Shown here: one piece after another, positions 49,634 to 60,154 of the stretch
Layout of the letters: each line of letters opens with the position of its first letter
Position numbering within the stretch: the first letter of the stretch is position 1
Source of the DNA: Candidatus Fraserbacteria bacterium
GTDB taxonomy: Bacteria; Bipolaricaulota; Bipolaricaulia; RBG-16-55-9; DRXL01
Reading direction: 5' to 3'
NCBI GenBank assembly: GCA_947085185.1
Contig: CAMTVK010000002.1
Span: forward strand, 128,001-192,000
Length of the DNA: 64,000 nucleotides
Translations under genes and position numbers: made by a program
Notes under the pieces: model-generated
What the model was told of the DNA's origin: nothing
What the model saw: the letters and a program-made list of their open reading frames with translations, nothing else
Database searches by the model: none

Positions 49634-50703
49634 TGCCTCCTATTCAGCGGAGAATCTCGAAGGAAGTGCGTGTTGGCTCGCTGGTGCTGGGCGGGCAGAA
49701 CCCCATCAGGGTCCAGTCGATGACGACCACCGACACGCGCGATGTCGAAGCGACCGTCAAACAGATTAAGAGATTAGAGCAAGCCGGCTGTGAGATCGTT
49801 CGGGTCGCTGTCTTGAACATGGACGCGGCCAAGCAGCTTGGAGAGATCAAAAAACGCATCAACATCCCATTAGTCGCTGACATTCACTTCGATCATCGCT
49901 TGGCGCTTGCGGCCATCGAGCAAGGAGTAGACAAATTACGACTCAATCCGGGCAATATCACTGATCGCTCGAAGATAGAACAAGTCGTCAAGGCTGCCAA
50001 AGATCGAGGGATTCCCATTCGAGTTGGGGTCAATTCGGGCTCGCTGCCCAAAGATCTCTTAGTGAAATACGAAGGCGCTACCCCCGAAGCCATGGTAGAA
50101 GCAGCCCTGCGCGAGATCGAGATCTTGGAAGACAATAATTTTTCAGATATCGTCGTCTCGCTCAAGTCTACGGACGTACGGGTGACGATCGAGTCTTATA
50201 GACTCATAGCCAAGCAAATTCCATATCCGTTGCATGTGGGGGTAACGGAGGCCGGACTCGGAGACGCCGGGGTCGTGCGCTCGGCGATCGGGATTGGGAC
50301 GCTCCTAGAAGAGGGGATCGGCGACACACTGCGCTGCTCGCTCACCGGCGATCCGGTGCGCGAGGTCAAGGTCGCCTATGAGATCTTGGCCGCGCTGGAC
50401 ATTCGCTGGCGTGGGATTCGGTACACCTCGTGTCCGACGTGCGGACGGATCGGTATAGACTTAGAGAAGATCGTCACGGAAGTCCAGAAGCGTCTAGAAC
50501 GCCTTGAGAAGCCCATCAAAATCTCGCTCATTGGGTGTGTCGTCAACGGCCCAGGGGAGGCGCTGCACTCCAACATCGGGTTGGTGGGGCACGAGAAGTC
50601 CGGGACGATCTACGTTGACGGGAAGCCCTACAAGCGCGTGCCCGAGGACCAGCTCGTTGACGAGCTCATCAAGGTTGTGATGGAGTATCCTTTGCAAGTT
50701 TGA
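49630..50703 (+). CDS. ispG: (E)-4-hydroxy-3-methylbut-2-enyl-diphosphate synthase
   Basis: VQSMT, ADIHF, RLNPGN, GVNSGSL, HVGVTEAG, SCPTCGR and GCVVNGPGEA motifs. Confidence 0.97.
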   Translation: MMPPIQRRISKEVRVGSLVLGGQNPIRVQSMTTTDTRDVEATVKQIKRLEQAGCEIVRVAVLNMDAAKQLGEIKKRINIPLVADIHFDHRLALAAIEQGVDKLRLNPGNITDRSKIEQVVKAAKDRGIPIRVGVNSGSLPKDLLVKYEGATPEAMVEAALREIEILEDNNFSDIVVSLKSTDVRVTIESYRLIAKQIPYPLHVGVTEAGLGDAGVVRSAIGIGTLLEEGIGDTLRCSLTGDPVREVKVAYEILAALDIRWRGIRYTSCPTCGRIGIDLEKIVTEVQKRLERLEKPIKISLIGCVVNGPGEALHSNIGLVGHEKSGTIYVDGKPYKRVPEDQLVDELIKVVMEYPLQV

Positions 50704-50715
50704 TATCGAGCTGAT

Positions 50716-51066
50716 ATGCAATCTCTCTGGATGCTTTTGAACGCGCTGATTGGGATACTCTCATTTCTTGCGTCTGCGCTGATGCTCAAGCGCTTGTGGC
50801 GCTTGATACCCCTGTCACTACGCAGTGCTGTGCGCAACGGGATCGCTCTTATTCTGTTCATCTTGGGGGTGATCGGCTCGATCGTGCCGATCATGCCGGG
50901 GTTCGTCTTCTTAGTGTTAGCCCTGCTCGTGATGGACGTGCCGCAGAAGCGCGTCGCGTTGAGACATCTGCAGCACAGGTGGCTCATTCAAAAGCTCTTG
51001 AAAAGCAGGGCGTTTTCCCAGACGTGGCGGAGCCTGCGGCGCTATGCCCGCCGACGCACCCCTTAA
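50716..51066 (+). CDS. Small membrane protein
   Basis: Hydrophobic helices with GVIGSIVPIMPG motif; in operon orientation. Confidence 0.7.
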   Translation: MQSLWMLLNALIGILSFLASALMLKRLWRLIPLSLRSAVRNGIALILFILGVIGSIVPIMPGFVFLVLALLVMDVPQKRVALRHLQHRWLIQKLLKSRAFSQTWRSLRRYARRRTP

Positions 51067-51111
51067 GTGTGCGATCGCCCACGTTTTCGTATAATCTTAT
51101 CTTATAAGAGT

Positions 51112-51636
51112 ATGGCTCTACGAATCCGAAAGTACCCAGACCCGATCTTACGACGGCGCGCCAAAGAGATAGCTGTCATCGACCACGAGATCAAGCGCCT
51201 TGCTGACGCTATGATCGAGACGATGGTCTTGGCCAAGGGCTACGGCCTAGCTGCCCCACAAGTGGGCGTCCTCAAGAGAATTATCACGATTGACGTCGCA
51301 GACGACTTCTATGCGCTCATCAACCCAGAGATTCTCGCAAAGAGCGACGAGACGGAAGTCTGGGTTGAGGGGTGCTTGAGCATTCCCGGCATCGAAGCTG
51401 AGTTTGCCCGTCCGGCCAAGGTCACCGTGCGAGCGCTCGACCTCGATGGCCATGAAGTTCTCTTAGAGCGCGACGGCCTGGCCGCACGAGTCCTGCAGCA
51501 CGAGATCGATCACCTCAACGGCGTTCTCTTCATTGACTATCTCAGCCAGACAAAACGCCTTATGCTCCTCAAGGAGTACGAGCGGCTTCAGAAAGAGGGA
51601 CGCTCCTCGCGCAAGAGAGAAAGAGTCTTCGGATGA
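51112..51636 (+). CDS. def: Peptide deformylase
   Basis: GLAAPQVG, EGCLS and QHEIDH motifs; start placed at ATG 51112. Confidence 0.97.
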   Translation: MALRIRKYPDPILRRRAKEIAVIDHEIKRLADAMIETMVLAKGYGLAAPQVGVLKRIITIDVADDFYALINPEILAKSDETEVWVEGCLSIPGIEAEFARPAKVTVRALDLDGHEVLLERDGLAARVLQHEIDHLNGVLFIDYLSQTKRLMLLKEYERLQKEGRSSRKRERVFG

Positions 51637-52550
51637 ATGTGATCTTTGTCGGCACAGCGTCGCTGGGCATACCCACGCTCAAGGCGCTTGCCGAAAAACA
51701 CAGAGTTCTTGCGGTCTTCACCCGGCCGGATCGGCCTGCCGGACGCGGCTTACACCTGACACCTCCCCCGATCAAGCGCATCGCCCTGGAGCTTGGTTTG
51801 CCCATCTATCAGCCGGAGAAGATCAATCGCTCGACCGAACTCATCAGGGCGCTTGCGCCCGAGGTCATCGTCGTGGTCGCGTTCGGACAGTTTCTCTCCA
51901 AGAGACTCTTAGAGATCCCCACATACGGGTGCATCAATCTCCATGCGTCGCTCTTGCCCAAGTATCGCGGGGCAGCTCCGATCCAATGGGCGATCATCAA
52001 CGGCGAGACCGAGACAGGCCTGACGACGTTCTTAGTGAACGAAGAGATGGACGCCGGAGATATTCTGCTCCAAGAGCGCGTCCCCATCTTTGACGAAGAC
52101 ACTGGGGGCTCGCTGCACGAGAGGCTCGCAGCTTTGGGGCCAGATCTGGTGCTGCGCACACTCGAAGGTCTTGAGCGCGGGACGCTCACGCCGATCCCGC
52201 AAGATCACTCCCACGCGACGTTTGCCCCAAAGATCGAAGATGCTGTGTGCAAGATAGACTGGAGAGAGCCTGCACGAAAGATTTTCCATCTCATTCGTGG
52301 GCTCAATCCCCAGCCGGGAGCCTATACGCTCTTAGAAGAGCGGCGCGTGAAGGTCTATGGGAGTCGCATTGTAGAGGGCAAGCACGGAGCCCCAGGGTGC
52401 GTGATCGGCGTGGGGAGTGCGGGCCCGCTAGTCCAGTGCGGCCAAGACGCTCTGGAGCTCACGGAAGTCCAGCCGGCAGGCAAGCGCCGCATGAGCGGGA
52501 GAGATTTCGTCAACGGCTATAAGATTCAAATTGGAGCACAACTTGGATGA
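51633..52550 (+). CDS. fmt: Methionyl-tRNA formyltransferase
   Basis: PDRPAGRG, NLHASLLPKYRGAAPI and MDAGD motifs. Confidence 0.97.
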   Translation: MNVIFVGTASLGIPTLKALAEKHRVLAVFTRPDRPAGRGLHLTPPPIKRIALELGLPIYQPEKINRSTELIRALAPEVIVVVAFGQFLSKRLLEIPTYGCINLHASLLPKYRGAAPIQWAIINGETETGLTTFLVNEEMDAGDILLQERVPIFDEDTGGSLHERLAALGPDLVLRTLEGLERGTLTPIPQDHSHATFAPKIEDAVCKIDWREPARKIFHLIRGLNPQPGAYTLLEERRVKVYGSRIVEGKHGAPGCVIGVGSAGPLVQCGQDALELTEVQPAGKRRMSGRDFVNGYKIQIGAQLG

Positions 52551-53680
52551 GCGCCACAGTCATAGTGTTAGGAGCAGGCATGGTCGGGCGGGCCATCGCT
52601 TTAGATTTGGCCCAGCGCTACGCCGTCACAGCAGTTGATAGCGATGCGCAGCGGCTCGCCCAGCTTCAAGCAGAAGCCCCCGTGCGCACGATCAGCGCCG
52701 ACCTCTCAAATCCACAAACGATCCGAGACCTTATCGCAGACTGCGATCTCGTGATTGGAGCTCTGCCGGGGTTTCTCGGATTTCAGACACTAAAAACGGT
52801 GATCGAGTGCGCAAAGAATCTCGTAGATATCTCGTTCTTCGCTGAAGACCCCTTTCAGCTTGATGCGCTGGCCAAGCAGAAGAACGTCACCGCTGTCGTT
52901 GACTGCGGAATCGCCCCGGGGATGTGCAATATTCTCCTGGGGTATCACAACGCCCGCATGACCGTCGAGAGCTACGAGTGCGTCGTGGGCGGGCTGCCGG
53001 TCAAGCGAACTTGGCCCTATCAGTATAAAGCTCCGTTCTCGCCTGGTGACGTCATTGAAGAGTACACGCGCCCGGCGCGCCTTGTTGTAGACGGAAGACT
53101 AGTTGTTCGCGAGGCCCTCTCTGATCCAGAGTATATTGAGTTTGACGAGATCGGTACTCTCGAGGCGTTCAACACCGACGGGTTGAGAACGCTGCTTAAG
53201 ACCATGAAAATCCCCACTATGCGCGAGAAGACCCTCCGCTACCCAGGGCATATCGAATATATCAAAGTGCTTCGGGAGACGGGCTTCTTCAGCAAAGACC
53301 CCATTGAGATCAACGGTGCACAGGTTCGTCCCCTGGACGTGACCGCCAAGCTGCTCTTCCCTAAGTGGCGGCTCGACCCCGACGAGCCAGAGTTCACCAT
53401 CATGCGAGTGACCATTCAGGGTATCGAGAATGGTCAGCGTAGAAAGTATGTCTACGATCTCTTAGATCGCTTTGATCCCAAGACGAAGACATCTTCGATG
53501 GCGCGTACGACGGGCTACACGTGCACGGCCGTCGCGACGCTTATCCTTGGGGGACTTTTCTCTCACAAGGGGATTATTCCGCCAGAATATATTGGGGCCG
53601 ATGAACGATGCTTCCAAGCCGTGCTGGAATATCAAAGGGAGAGAAACATAAGCTATACGCTAAGACCCCAGCGGGCGTAA
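52547..53680 (+). CDS. Saccharopine dehydrogenase-family / lysine 6-dehydrogenase-like oxidoreductase
   Basis: GAGMVG, DCGIAPG, VGGLP, KTLRYPGH and SMARTTG motifs. Confidence 0.88.
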   Translation: MSATVIVLGAGMVGRAIALDLAQRYAVTAVDSDAQRLAQLQAEAPVRTISADLSNPQTIRDLIADCDLVIGALPGFLGFQTLKTVIECAKNLVDISFFAEDPFQLDALAKQKNVTAVVDCGIAPGMCNILLGYHNARMTVESYECVVGGLPVKRTWPYQYKAPFSPGDVIEEYTRPARLVVDGRLVVREALSDPEYIEFDEIGTLEAFNTDGLRTLLKTMKIPTMREKTLRYPGHIEYIKVLRETGFFSKDPIEINGAQVRPLDVTAKLLFPKWRLDPDEPEFTIMRVTIQGIENGQRRKYVYDLLDRFDPKTKTSSMARTTGYTCTAVATLILGGLFSHKGIIPPEYIGADERCFQAVLEYQRERNISYTLRPQRA

Positions 53681-53708
53681 AAAATCTTTGAGGGGAGCTG
53701 CGTTGAGT

Positions 53709-53765
53709 TCAGCGCGCGCCGATGCCGCGGCTGGCTCCGGTGACGAGAGCAATCTTGATAGCCAT
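53709..53765 (-). pseudogene. Truncated SDR oxidoreductase N-terminus (MAIKIALVTGASRGIGAR*)
   Basis: SD GGAGG + ATG; exact TGxxxGxG Rossmann motif; stop after 18 codons. Confidence 0.7.
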
Positions 53766-53784
53766 GGGCTTTCCTCCCTCACGG

Positions 53785-54225
53785 TTAGAGCATCTCTAGT
53801 AAAGCTCGTGGACTAAGGATGCGTAGCCTTCTTAAGCCGACTTTGCGGAGTGCGTGGCTTGGGAGCTCTAAGAGGTCATGGTCTCCGGTTATGAGAAAGT
53901 GAGCTTGTGCAGCACGACAGCATTCGAGTACCATATTGTCTTCAGGATCGCGGCAAATCAGCAAGTGCTTACGGGGACGAACTAAGCGTGCTTGAGCGAC
54001 AAAGCTTGCGATTCCACTTAGGAGTGCTTGAAACTGCACGCGCGTGATCTTGCCTTGTGTCAGAAGCTCTTGCGGGACTTCACGGTACTCCTGCAAAAGA
54101 GCAGGCGAGACCCATGGTTGAGTCTTGCGTATCGCCAGACGAAGCGCCTCAGCTGGAACCCCACCGAACGCAAATGCTGAGATGAGAACGTTGGTATCAA
54201 CCACGGCCCTTGGCTTGACGCTCGT
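53785..54225 (-). CDS. PIN-domain toxin (start uncertain: GTG 54204, ACG 54225 or TTG 54261)
   Basis: VVDTNVLISA, CRDPEDN and ITGDHDLL motifs. Confidence 0.88.
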   Translation of the reverse strand, partial: TSVKPRAVVDTNVLISAFAFGGVPAEALRLAIRKTQPWVSPALLQEYREVPQELLTQGKITRVQFQALLSGIASFVAQARLVRPRKHLLICRDPEDNMVLECCRAAQAHFLITGDHDLLELPSHALRKVGLRRLRILSPRALLEML

Positions 54226-54397
54226 AGATGCGGCGACGGACTTTTTGGATAGCTGCTTCAAGGTCCTCCATGCTTAAGGTACTATCTCGAAAGGCCGTGC
54301 GGGCGAGCTTCAGGGCTGCTTCCAGGCGCTCTTGCGGAGTCAAAGCATCCAGGATAAACTCTTCGAGGCGCTTCGCTGTCTTCATAGAGCTCATCAA
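54197..54397 (-). CDS. Putative antitoxin
   Basis: 66 aa, directly upstream of and overlapping the PIN gene; TATAAT 7 nt before ATG. Confidence 0.7.
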   Translation of the reverse strand: MMSSMKTAKRLEEFILDALTPQERLEAALKLARTAFRDSTLSMEDLEAAIQKVRRRIYERQAKGRG

Positions 54398-54408
54398 CGC
54401 TATTATAA

Positions 54409-55083
54409 CTAAAAGGTTCGCTTCGGCTCAACGCACCCTGGTTGGTCGTTTGCCGGGGAGTTCACAAGCGATGAGACTTCAAAGAGCTCCAGCTCCTCAG
54501 CACGATATGGGCGCAAGAGGCGCTCTAACTCTGCACGCGCTTTCGGCGACGGATCCAGCCAGAAATCTTCTAACTCTTTGGGCACGATGACCGGCATGCG
54601 ATCGTGAATGGGCGCAAGAAGCTCATTCGGTTCTGTCGTGACGATCGTGCACGTCTTGAGAGTCTGCCCTTCGGGGGATCTCCACGACTCCCACAGGCCG
54701 GCGAACCCAAAGGGCTCTTTGGATTTGAGCCGAATATAGACGGGGATCTTCTTGCCCTGAGAGGTCCGTCTCCATTCGTAAAAGCCATCAGCAAGAATGA
54801 GACAGCGGCGCTGCTTCGCAGCATCGCGAAAGCTCGGCTTCTCACATAGAGTCTCGGCACGAGCGTTGATCAGCTTATTCCCGATCTTGGGGTCCTTAGC
54901 CCACTGAGGGATCAAGCCCCATCGAAAGCTCTCTATGCGCTGGCCATGCACATCGGCGATCAGCGCGAGGATCTCTTGCGTTGGTGCAATATTATATCGG
55001 GGGCGATAGCTCGCCGGGACAGCGACCCCAAAGCGGGCCTCGATCTTCTCTGCCGAAAGCGTCAGCGAAAATCGTCCGCACAT
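54409..55083 (-). CDS. SOS response-associated peptidase (SRAP/YedK/HMCES family)
   Basis: MCGRF start, YNIAP, WGLIP, INARAET, GFYEW and IHDRMP motifs. Confidence 0.95.
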   Translation of the reverse strand: MCGRFSLTLSAEKIEARFGVAVPASYRPRYNIAPTQEILALIADVHGQRIESFRWGLIPQWAKDPKIGNKLINARAETLCEKPSFRDAAKQRRCLILADGFYEWRRTSQGKKIPVYIRLKSKEPFGFAGLWESWRSPEGQTLKTCTIVTTEPNELLAPIHDRMPVIVPKELEDFWLDPSPKARAELERLLRPYRAEELELFEVSSLVNSPANDQPGCVEPKRTF

Positions 55084-55089
55084 AGGCAC

Positions 55090-55548
55090 TCACACAATGG
55101 GGAAAGCTCGCCCTTCGAGCTCCTCGATGCGCCGTCGGACTTCTTGGGGGATTGGGGCTTTGCGGCGCTCTCGATAGTTGTACGAGACGATGACCCCATC
55201 CCCCTCGGCCGCGATCTTCTGAAGCTTTTGGCTGAAGATCTTGAACTGCATGGTGAAGCGATCTGTGCCCATCTGTGAGACCCGGATCCCCACAGAGATT
55301 CTATCGGGGTAGGTGAGGGGGCGCTTAAAATCACAGCGCGCCGACGCCAAGATCGGGCCGATACCCGTGGCGTTCATCGTCTCGATATGCCCGATCCTCT
55401 CAAGATACGCGATGCGAGCGCTCTCAAAATACCGAAAATACGAGACGTTGTTGACGTGCTGCAACGCGTCCATCTCACCCCACTGAACGGGCAGCTCGAC
55501 GACTACGGGGAAACCCTCTAAATCTTTGGGTGTTGAATCAGCACTCAT
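55090..55548 (-). CDS. Acyl-CoA thioesterase (4HBT/YbgC-like hot-dog fold)
   Basis: [23 protein letters not shown]. Confidence 0.92.
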   Translation of the reverse strand: MSADSTPKDLEGFPVVVELPVQWGEMDALQHVNNVSYFRYFESARIAYLERIGHIETMNATGIGPILASARCDFKRPLTYPDRISVGIRVSQMGTDRFTMQFKIFSQKLQKIAAEGDGVIVSYNYRERRKAPIPQEVRRRIEELEGRAFPIV

Positions 55549-55949
55549 CTTCGGAGTTTGCGCACTTCGGCCCGCATGAAATCTATAATCTCTTGGGTCG
55601 AAGTCCCCGGCCCAAAGAGCCCCTTCACCCCCATCGCTTCAAGCAGGGGCTTGTCCTCGTCAGGGATGATCCCCCCGCCCACCAAGAGCACATCGTCCAT
55701 CCCATAGTGCTTCATGAGCTCCGTGATCTTTCTGAAGATCACAAGATGGGCCCCAGAGAGAATACTCACCCCGATGACGTCTACGTCTTCTTGGAGGGCC
55801 GCCTTGACGATCTGTTCAGGGGTGTTGTGCAACCCCGTATAGATCACTTCCATCCCGGCATCGCGCAACGCCCGGGCGATCACTTTGACCCCACGGTCGT
55901 GTCCGTCTAGGCCAGCTTTGGCCATCAAGACCTTGATCGGACGGTCCAT
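55545..55949 (-). CDS. Cobalamin-binding small subunit of acyl-CoA mutase
   Basis: GLDGHDRG (DxHxxG), SILSGAH and GGIIP motifs; ATG 55949. Confidence 0.95.
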   Translation of the reverse strand: MDRPIKVLMAKAGLDGHDRGVKVIARALRDAGMEVIYTGLHNTPEQIVKAALQEDVDVIGVSILSGAHLVIFRKITELMKHYGMDDVLLVGGGIIPDEDKPLLEAMGVKGLFGPGTSTQEIIDFMRAEVRKLRR

Positions 55950-55950
55950 A

Positions 55951-57576
55951 CTACACCAAGGCGGGCTCACGATATGCCCCGTGCACCTTCTTCAACACCT
56001 CCATGATCTCGCCCACGCTCGCGTAGGCTTTGACGGCTTCTATAATATAGGGCATCGTATTCTCTTGTGTGCGGGCGGCCTGCTCCAAGCGCGCCAAGGC
56101 CCGCGTGACCGCCCCGTTATCACGCTCGGCCCGCACCCTCGCAAGACGCTCGATCTGCCGGCGTTGGACCTCCGGGTCCACCCGCAAGATCTTGACTCTC
56201 TCGTCCTCGCAGATCGTGTACTTATTTACCCCAACGATGATCTGCTCCCCAGACTCGACTTGCTTCTGGTATTCGTAAGCCGCCTGGGCGATCTCCCTTT
56301 GGAAGAACCCGTTCTCGATCCCTGCAAAGACGCCCTCGAGGATGCTGCCGTGCCCCATCTCCTCGATCTTCTTTATATATGTATGCGCGGCGCGTTCCAT
56401 CTCGTTGGTGAGAGATTCCACAAAATAGCTGCCCCCCAACGGGTCGATTGTGTCAGCGACCCCCGACTCATACGCGATGATCTGCTGGGTTCTCAGCGCG
56501 ATTCTCACGGCTTCTTCGCTGGGTAGAGCTAATGCTTCATCATACGAATTGGTGTGTAAGCTCTGGGTGCCTCCCAAGACCGCCGCGAGGGCTTGGATCG
56601 TGACGCGAATGATATTATTGAGGGGCTGCTGCTCGGTGAGCGAGCATCCTGCTGTCTGGGTGTGAAAGCGGAGCTTCCAGCTTTCTGGGTTTTTGGCGCC
56701 GTAGCGCTCGCGCATCACGCGGGCCCAGATCCTGCGCGCGGCTCTGAATTTGGCGATCTCCTCAAAGAACGAATTATGGGCATTGAAGAAGAAGCTGAGC
56801 TGCGGCCCCAGCTGGTCGATATCTATGCCGCGCCGCAGAGCCGCTTCGACGTAGGCCATGCCATCGGCAAGCGTAAATGCCAGTTCTTGGAGAGCTGTGG
56901 CGCCCGCCTCCCGAATGTGATACCCCGAGATGCTGATGAGATTGAAGTTGGGTGTCTCTTTGATCCCGAACTCAAAGATATCGACGATGAGGTCTACCGA
57001 GGGGCGCGGAGGGATGACCCATTCTTTTTGGGCGATGAATTCTTTGAGCATATCGTTCTGGATGGTGCCGCGCAGCTTCTCTCTTGGAACGCCCTGTTTG
57101 TCGGCGATGGCCATGTACATAGCGTAGATGACGGGGGCGCTGGGGTTGATGGTAAAGCTTGTCGAGACTTGCTCTAATGGGATGCCGTCGAAGAGGATCT
57201 CGAAGTCTTTGAGGGTATCTATGGCGACGCCTTCGACGCCCACTTCTCCATCGGCGAGGGGGTGATCGCTATCTAACCCCATCAAGGTGGGCATATCGAA
57301 GGCGGTGGACAGGCCGGTTTGCCCTTCACTTAAGAGATATTTAAAGCGCTGGTTGGTCTCTTCTGGGCCGCCGAAGCCCGCGAATTGTCTCATGGTCCAC
57401 AGCCTTCCCCGGTACATGGTGGGGTAGATGCCGCGGGTGAATGGGAATTCTCCTGGGGAGCCCAGATCGCGTTCGTAGTCGAGGTCTTTGATATCGTGGG
57501 GGGTATAGAGTCGTCTGATGGGGTAGTTGGAGACCGTGATGAATCGGTCTTTTCGTTCTGGGGTCTTTTCGGTCAT
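55951..57576 (-). CDS. icmA: Acyl-CoA mutase large subunit, isobutyryl-CoA mutase-like
   Basis: [38 protein letters not shown] and SLHTNSYDE motifs; ATG 57576 after AAGGAGG. Confidence 0.8.
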   Translation of the reverse strand: MTEKTPERKDRFITVSNYPIRRLYTPHDIKDLDYERDLGSPGEFPFTRGIYPTMYRGRLWTMRQFAGFGGPEETNQRFKYLLSEGQTGLSTAFDMPTLMGLDSDHPLADGEVGVEGVAIDTLKDFEILFDGIPLEQVSTSFTINPSAPVIYAMYMAIADKQGVPREKLRGTIQNDMLKEFIAQKEWVIPPRPSVDLIVDIFEFGIKETPNFNLISISGYHIREAGATALQELAFTLADGMAYVEAALRRGIDIDQLGPQLSFFFNAHNSFFEEIAKFRAARRIWARVMRERYGAKNPESWKLRFHTQTAGCSLTEQQPLNNIIRVTIQALAAVLGGTQSLHTNSYDEALALPSEEAVRIALRTQQIIAYESGVADTIDPLGGSYFVESLTNEMERAAHTYIKKIEEMGHGSILEGVFAGIENGFFQREIAQAAYEYQKQVESGEQIIVGVNKYTICEDERVKILRVDPEVQRRQIERLARVRAERDNGAVTRALARLEQAARTQENTMPYIIEAVKAYASVGEIMEVLKKVHGAYREPALV

Positions 57577-57645
57577 GGGTCGTTCCTCCTTGCGCAGCTT
57601 ATTATAATATATCGGTGGCCGCTGTGCACAGCTAACGGAAAATCC

Positions 57646-57674
57646 TTGACAGCTCGTGGGGAGCCCCTTATAAT
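57646..57674 (+). promoter_or_regulatory. Consensus promoter TTGACA-N17-TATAAT of the clpC operon
   Basis: Perfect sigma-70 consensus. Confidence 0.85.
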
Positions 57675-57711
57675 CGAGCGGGCTGCAACAGCCTGAAGGG
57701 AGCACCCGACG

Positions 57712-60147
57712 ATGCATGACATGTACAATCTCTTCTCACGCGAGGCCCAGCAAGCCATCGGCATCGCCTACAAAGAAGCCGAGGCCTGGGGCCATGACTA
57801 CGTGGGCACCGAACACTTGCTCTTAGCATTCACAAAGATGCGCACCTCCGAAGTCTGTAAGTTCTTAGAGGCCAATGGCGTCACCTACCAGCGAGTATCC
57901 CGCGAGATCGAACACGAGGTCGGCAGGGGCCAGTCGCGCTTCATCCCCACCGAACTCCACCCCACCCCTCAACTCAAACGCATCATTACGCGCTCGTATG
58001 AAGAGACCCGTCGCTATGGCCACACCCTCATCGCTGCCGAAGATCTCTTGCTCGCTCTCTTGGAAGAGGGGCAAAACATCGCGGCCCAGATCTTACAGCG
58101 CGCGGGAATTGACATCGCCAAGGTGCGTCGGTATCTCTCGCCCCTGCAGGCCAATCTCGTGGGAAGTCGCACCAAGCGCGACGACCGCTCCAAATGGAAA
58201 AATTTTGAATACGGGCGCAATTTAGTCGAAGAAGCCCGCGCGGGCCGGCTCGACCCCGTCATCGGCCGCGAACGCGAGATCACCAGAATCATCCAGACCC
58301 TCTCCCGCAGAAAGAAGAATAACCCCGTGGTCGTGGGCGAGCCCGGCGTAGGCAAGACCGCGATTGTTGAGGGGCTGGCGCAACGCATCGCCTCCGGGGA
58401 TGTGCCCGCCCCGCTCTTGGGCAAAGAGATCATTGAGCTCGATATGGCCGCCATCGTCGCGGGCACCAAATATCGCGGGGAGTTCGAACAGCGCCTCAAA
58501 GCGATCGTCAATGCCGTGATCGAATCTGGGAATGTCATTCTCTTTATTGATGAGCTGCACACAGTCGTTGGGGCCGGCGGGGCCGAGGGTGCTATTGACG
58601 CTTCCGCGATCTTAAAGCCCCCGCTGGCATCTGGGCTCATCCAGTGTATTGGGACGGCGACGCTCGACGAATACCGAAAGTATATAGAAAAAGACGCAGC
58701 CTTGGAGCGACGCTTCAAGAAGATTTTAGTCGAAGAGCCCTCGATCGAAGCGGCGGTCCAGATTCTCAAGGGGCTGCGCCCGCGCTATGAAGCGCACCAC
58801 CGGGTGAAGATCACCGACGGGGCGCTCTATGCCGCAGCCAAGCTCGCCGATCGCTATATTACCGATCACTTCTTGCCGGATAAAGCGATCGATCTCATAG
58901 ACGAGACGGCGGCCAAGAAGAGATTAGAGACGAGCTCCTTCTCCCCAGAGATCCGGGAGTTAGAAAACCAGCTGCGCGAGCTGGCGGAGCAGAAGAACGC
59001 GGCGATCAGCGAGCAAGATTATGAGCGTGCGGCGCAGCTGCGCGATCGAGAACGCAGCGTGCAGGAGCGCTTGCGCGAGCTGAAGATGGAATTTCGCGAA
59101 TACGAGGCGGTCGTCACCGAAGACGACATCGCTCAGATGGTCTCCAGCTGGACGGGCGTGCCCGTGGGCCACATGAAGATGGAGGAATCCAAGCGCGTCT
59201 TAACTATGGAACAAGAGATCCATAAGCGCTACATTGACCAAGAAGAAGCAGTCAAGGCGGTGGCGCGCGCTATTCGGAGGGCCTACGCAGGGGTCAAAGA
59301 CCCCAAGCGCCCTATCGGAAGCTTCTTGTTCTTGGGGCCTACCGGTGTGGGCAAGACCGAGCTGGCCAAAGCCATTGCCGAGTTTCTCTTCGGCGATGAG
59401 GAGGCGCTCATCCGCATTGATATGTCCGAGTATATGGAGCGCTTCTCGGTGTCGCGGCTGATTGGGGCGCCGCCGGGCTACGTGGGCTACGAAGAGGCCG
59501 GCGAACTGACCGAAGCCGTCCGAAGAAGACCCTATTCTGTCGTGCTCTTCGATGAGATCGAGAAAGCTCATCGAGACGTGTTCAATATTCTCTTACAGGT
59601 GATGGACGACGGGGCTTTGACAGACTCTCAGGGCCGTCGCGTGGACTTCAGAAATACCGTGTTAATTATGACGAGCAACATCGGCTCCAAGACGATCACC
59701 GATCGGGTGACCTTGGGGTTTGGCACGGAGTCGGAAGTGGACTCCCCAGAGTCGTACAAAGAGATGCGCAGCCGCGTCATGGGCGAAGTCAAAGAGTTCT
59801 TCCGCCCGGAATTTCTCAACCGTCTCGATGATATAATAGTCTTCCATCAGCACACCAGAGAGAATATCTATCAGATAGCGGAGCTGAAGCTGCGGGAGCT
59901 GGCGGAGCGCTTGCGCGAGCGCGAGATCTTCATCTCGGTCACCGAAGACGCCAAAGAGCTGCTCATCAAGGAGGGCTACGACCCAAAGTACGGGGCTCGC
60001 CCTCTGGTACGCACGCTCGAAAGGCTCATAGAGAACCCGATCTCGGACAAGATCTTAGAAGGGGAGTTCGCCAAGGGCGATTCGATCGTGATTGACGCGA
60101 AAGATCACCAGATCTGCTTCTTGAAGAAGACGCCGGAGTTGATCTGA
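57712..60147 (+). CDS. clpC: ATP-dependent Clp protease ATPase subunit ClpC
   Basis: Clp N repeats, two AAA modules, UVR-type [15 protein letters not shown] ClpP-docking loop; precedes radA-disA. Confidence 0.95.
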   Translation: MHDMYNLFSREAQQAIGIAYKEAEAWGHDYVGTEHLLLAFTKMRTSEVCKFLEANGVTYQRVSREIEHEVGRGQSRFIPTELHPTPQLKRIITRSYEETRRYGHTLIAAEDLLLALLEEGQNIAAQILQRAGIDIAKVRRYLSPLQANLVGSRTKRDDRSKWKNFEYGRNLVEEARAGRLDPVIGREREITRIIQTLSRRKKNNPVVVGEPGVGKTAIVEGLAQRIASGDVPAPLLGKEIIELDMAAIVAGTKYRGEFEQRLKAIVNAVIESGNVILFIDELHTVVGAGGAEGAIDASAILKPPLASGLIQCIGTATLDEYRKYIEKDAALERRFKKILVEEPSIEAAVQILKGLRPRYEAHHRVKITDGALYAAAKLADRYITDHFLPDKAIDLIDETAAKKRLETSSFSPEIRELENQLRELAEQKNAAISEQDYERAAQLRDRERSVQERLRELKMEFREYEAVVTEDDIAQMVSSWTGVPVGHMKMEESKRVLTMEQEIHKRYIDQEEAVKAVARAIRRAYAGVKDPKRPIGSFLFLGPTGVGKTELAKAIAEFLFGDEEALIRIDMSEYMERFSVSRLIGAPPGYVGYEEAGELTEAVRRRPYSVVLFDEIEKAHRDVFNILLQVMDDGALTDSQGRRVDFRNTVLIMTSNIGSKTITDRVTLGFGTESEVDSPESYKEMRSRVMGEVKEFFRPEFLNRLDDIIVFHQHTRENIYQIAELKLRELAERLREREIFISVTEDAKELLIKEGYDPKYGARPLVRTLERLIENPISDKILEGEFAKGDSIVIDAKDHQICFLKKTPELI

Positions 60148-60154
60148 GAGAGCT

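Noticed and set aside
53695..53790. attC-like site after the PIN gene
   Set aside because: CTCTAAC and GCTGAAC words are present, but the arms do not pair; better explained as an SDR gene fragment
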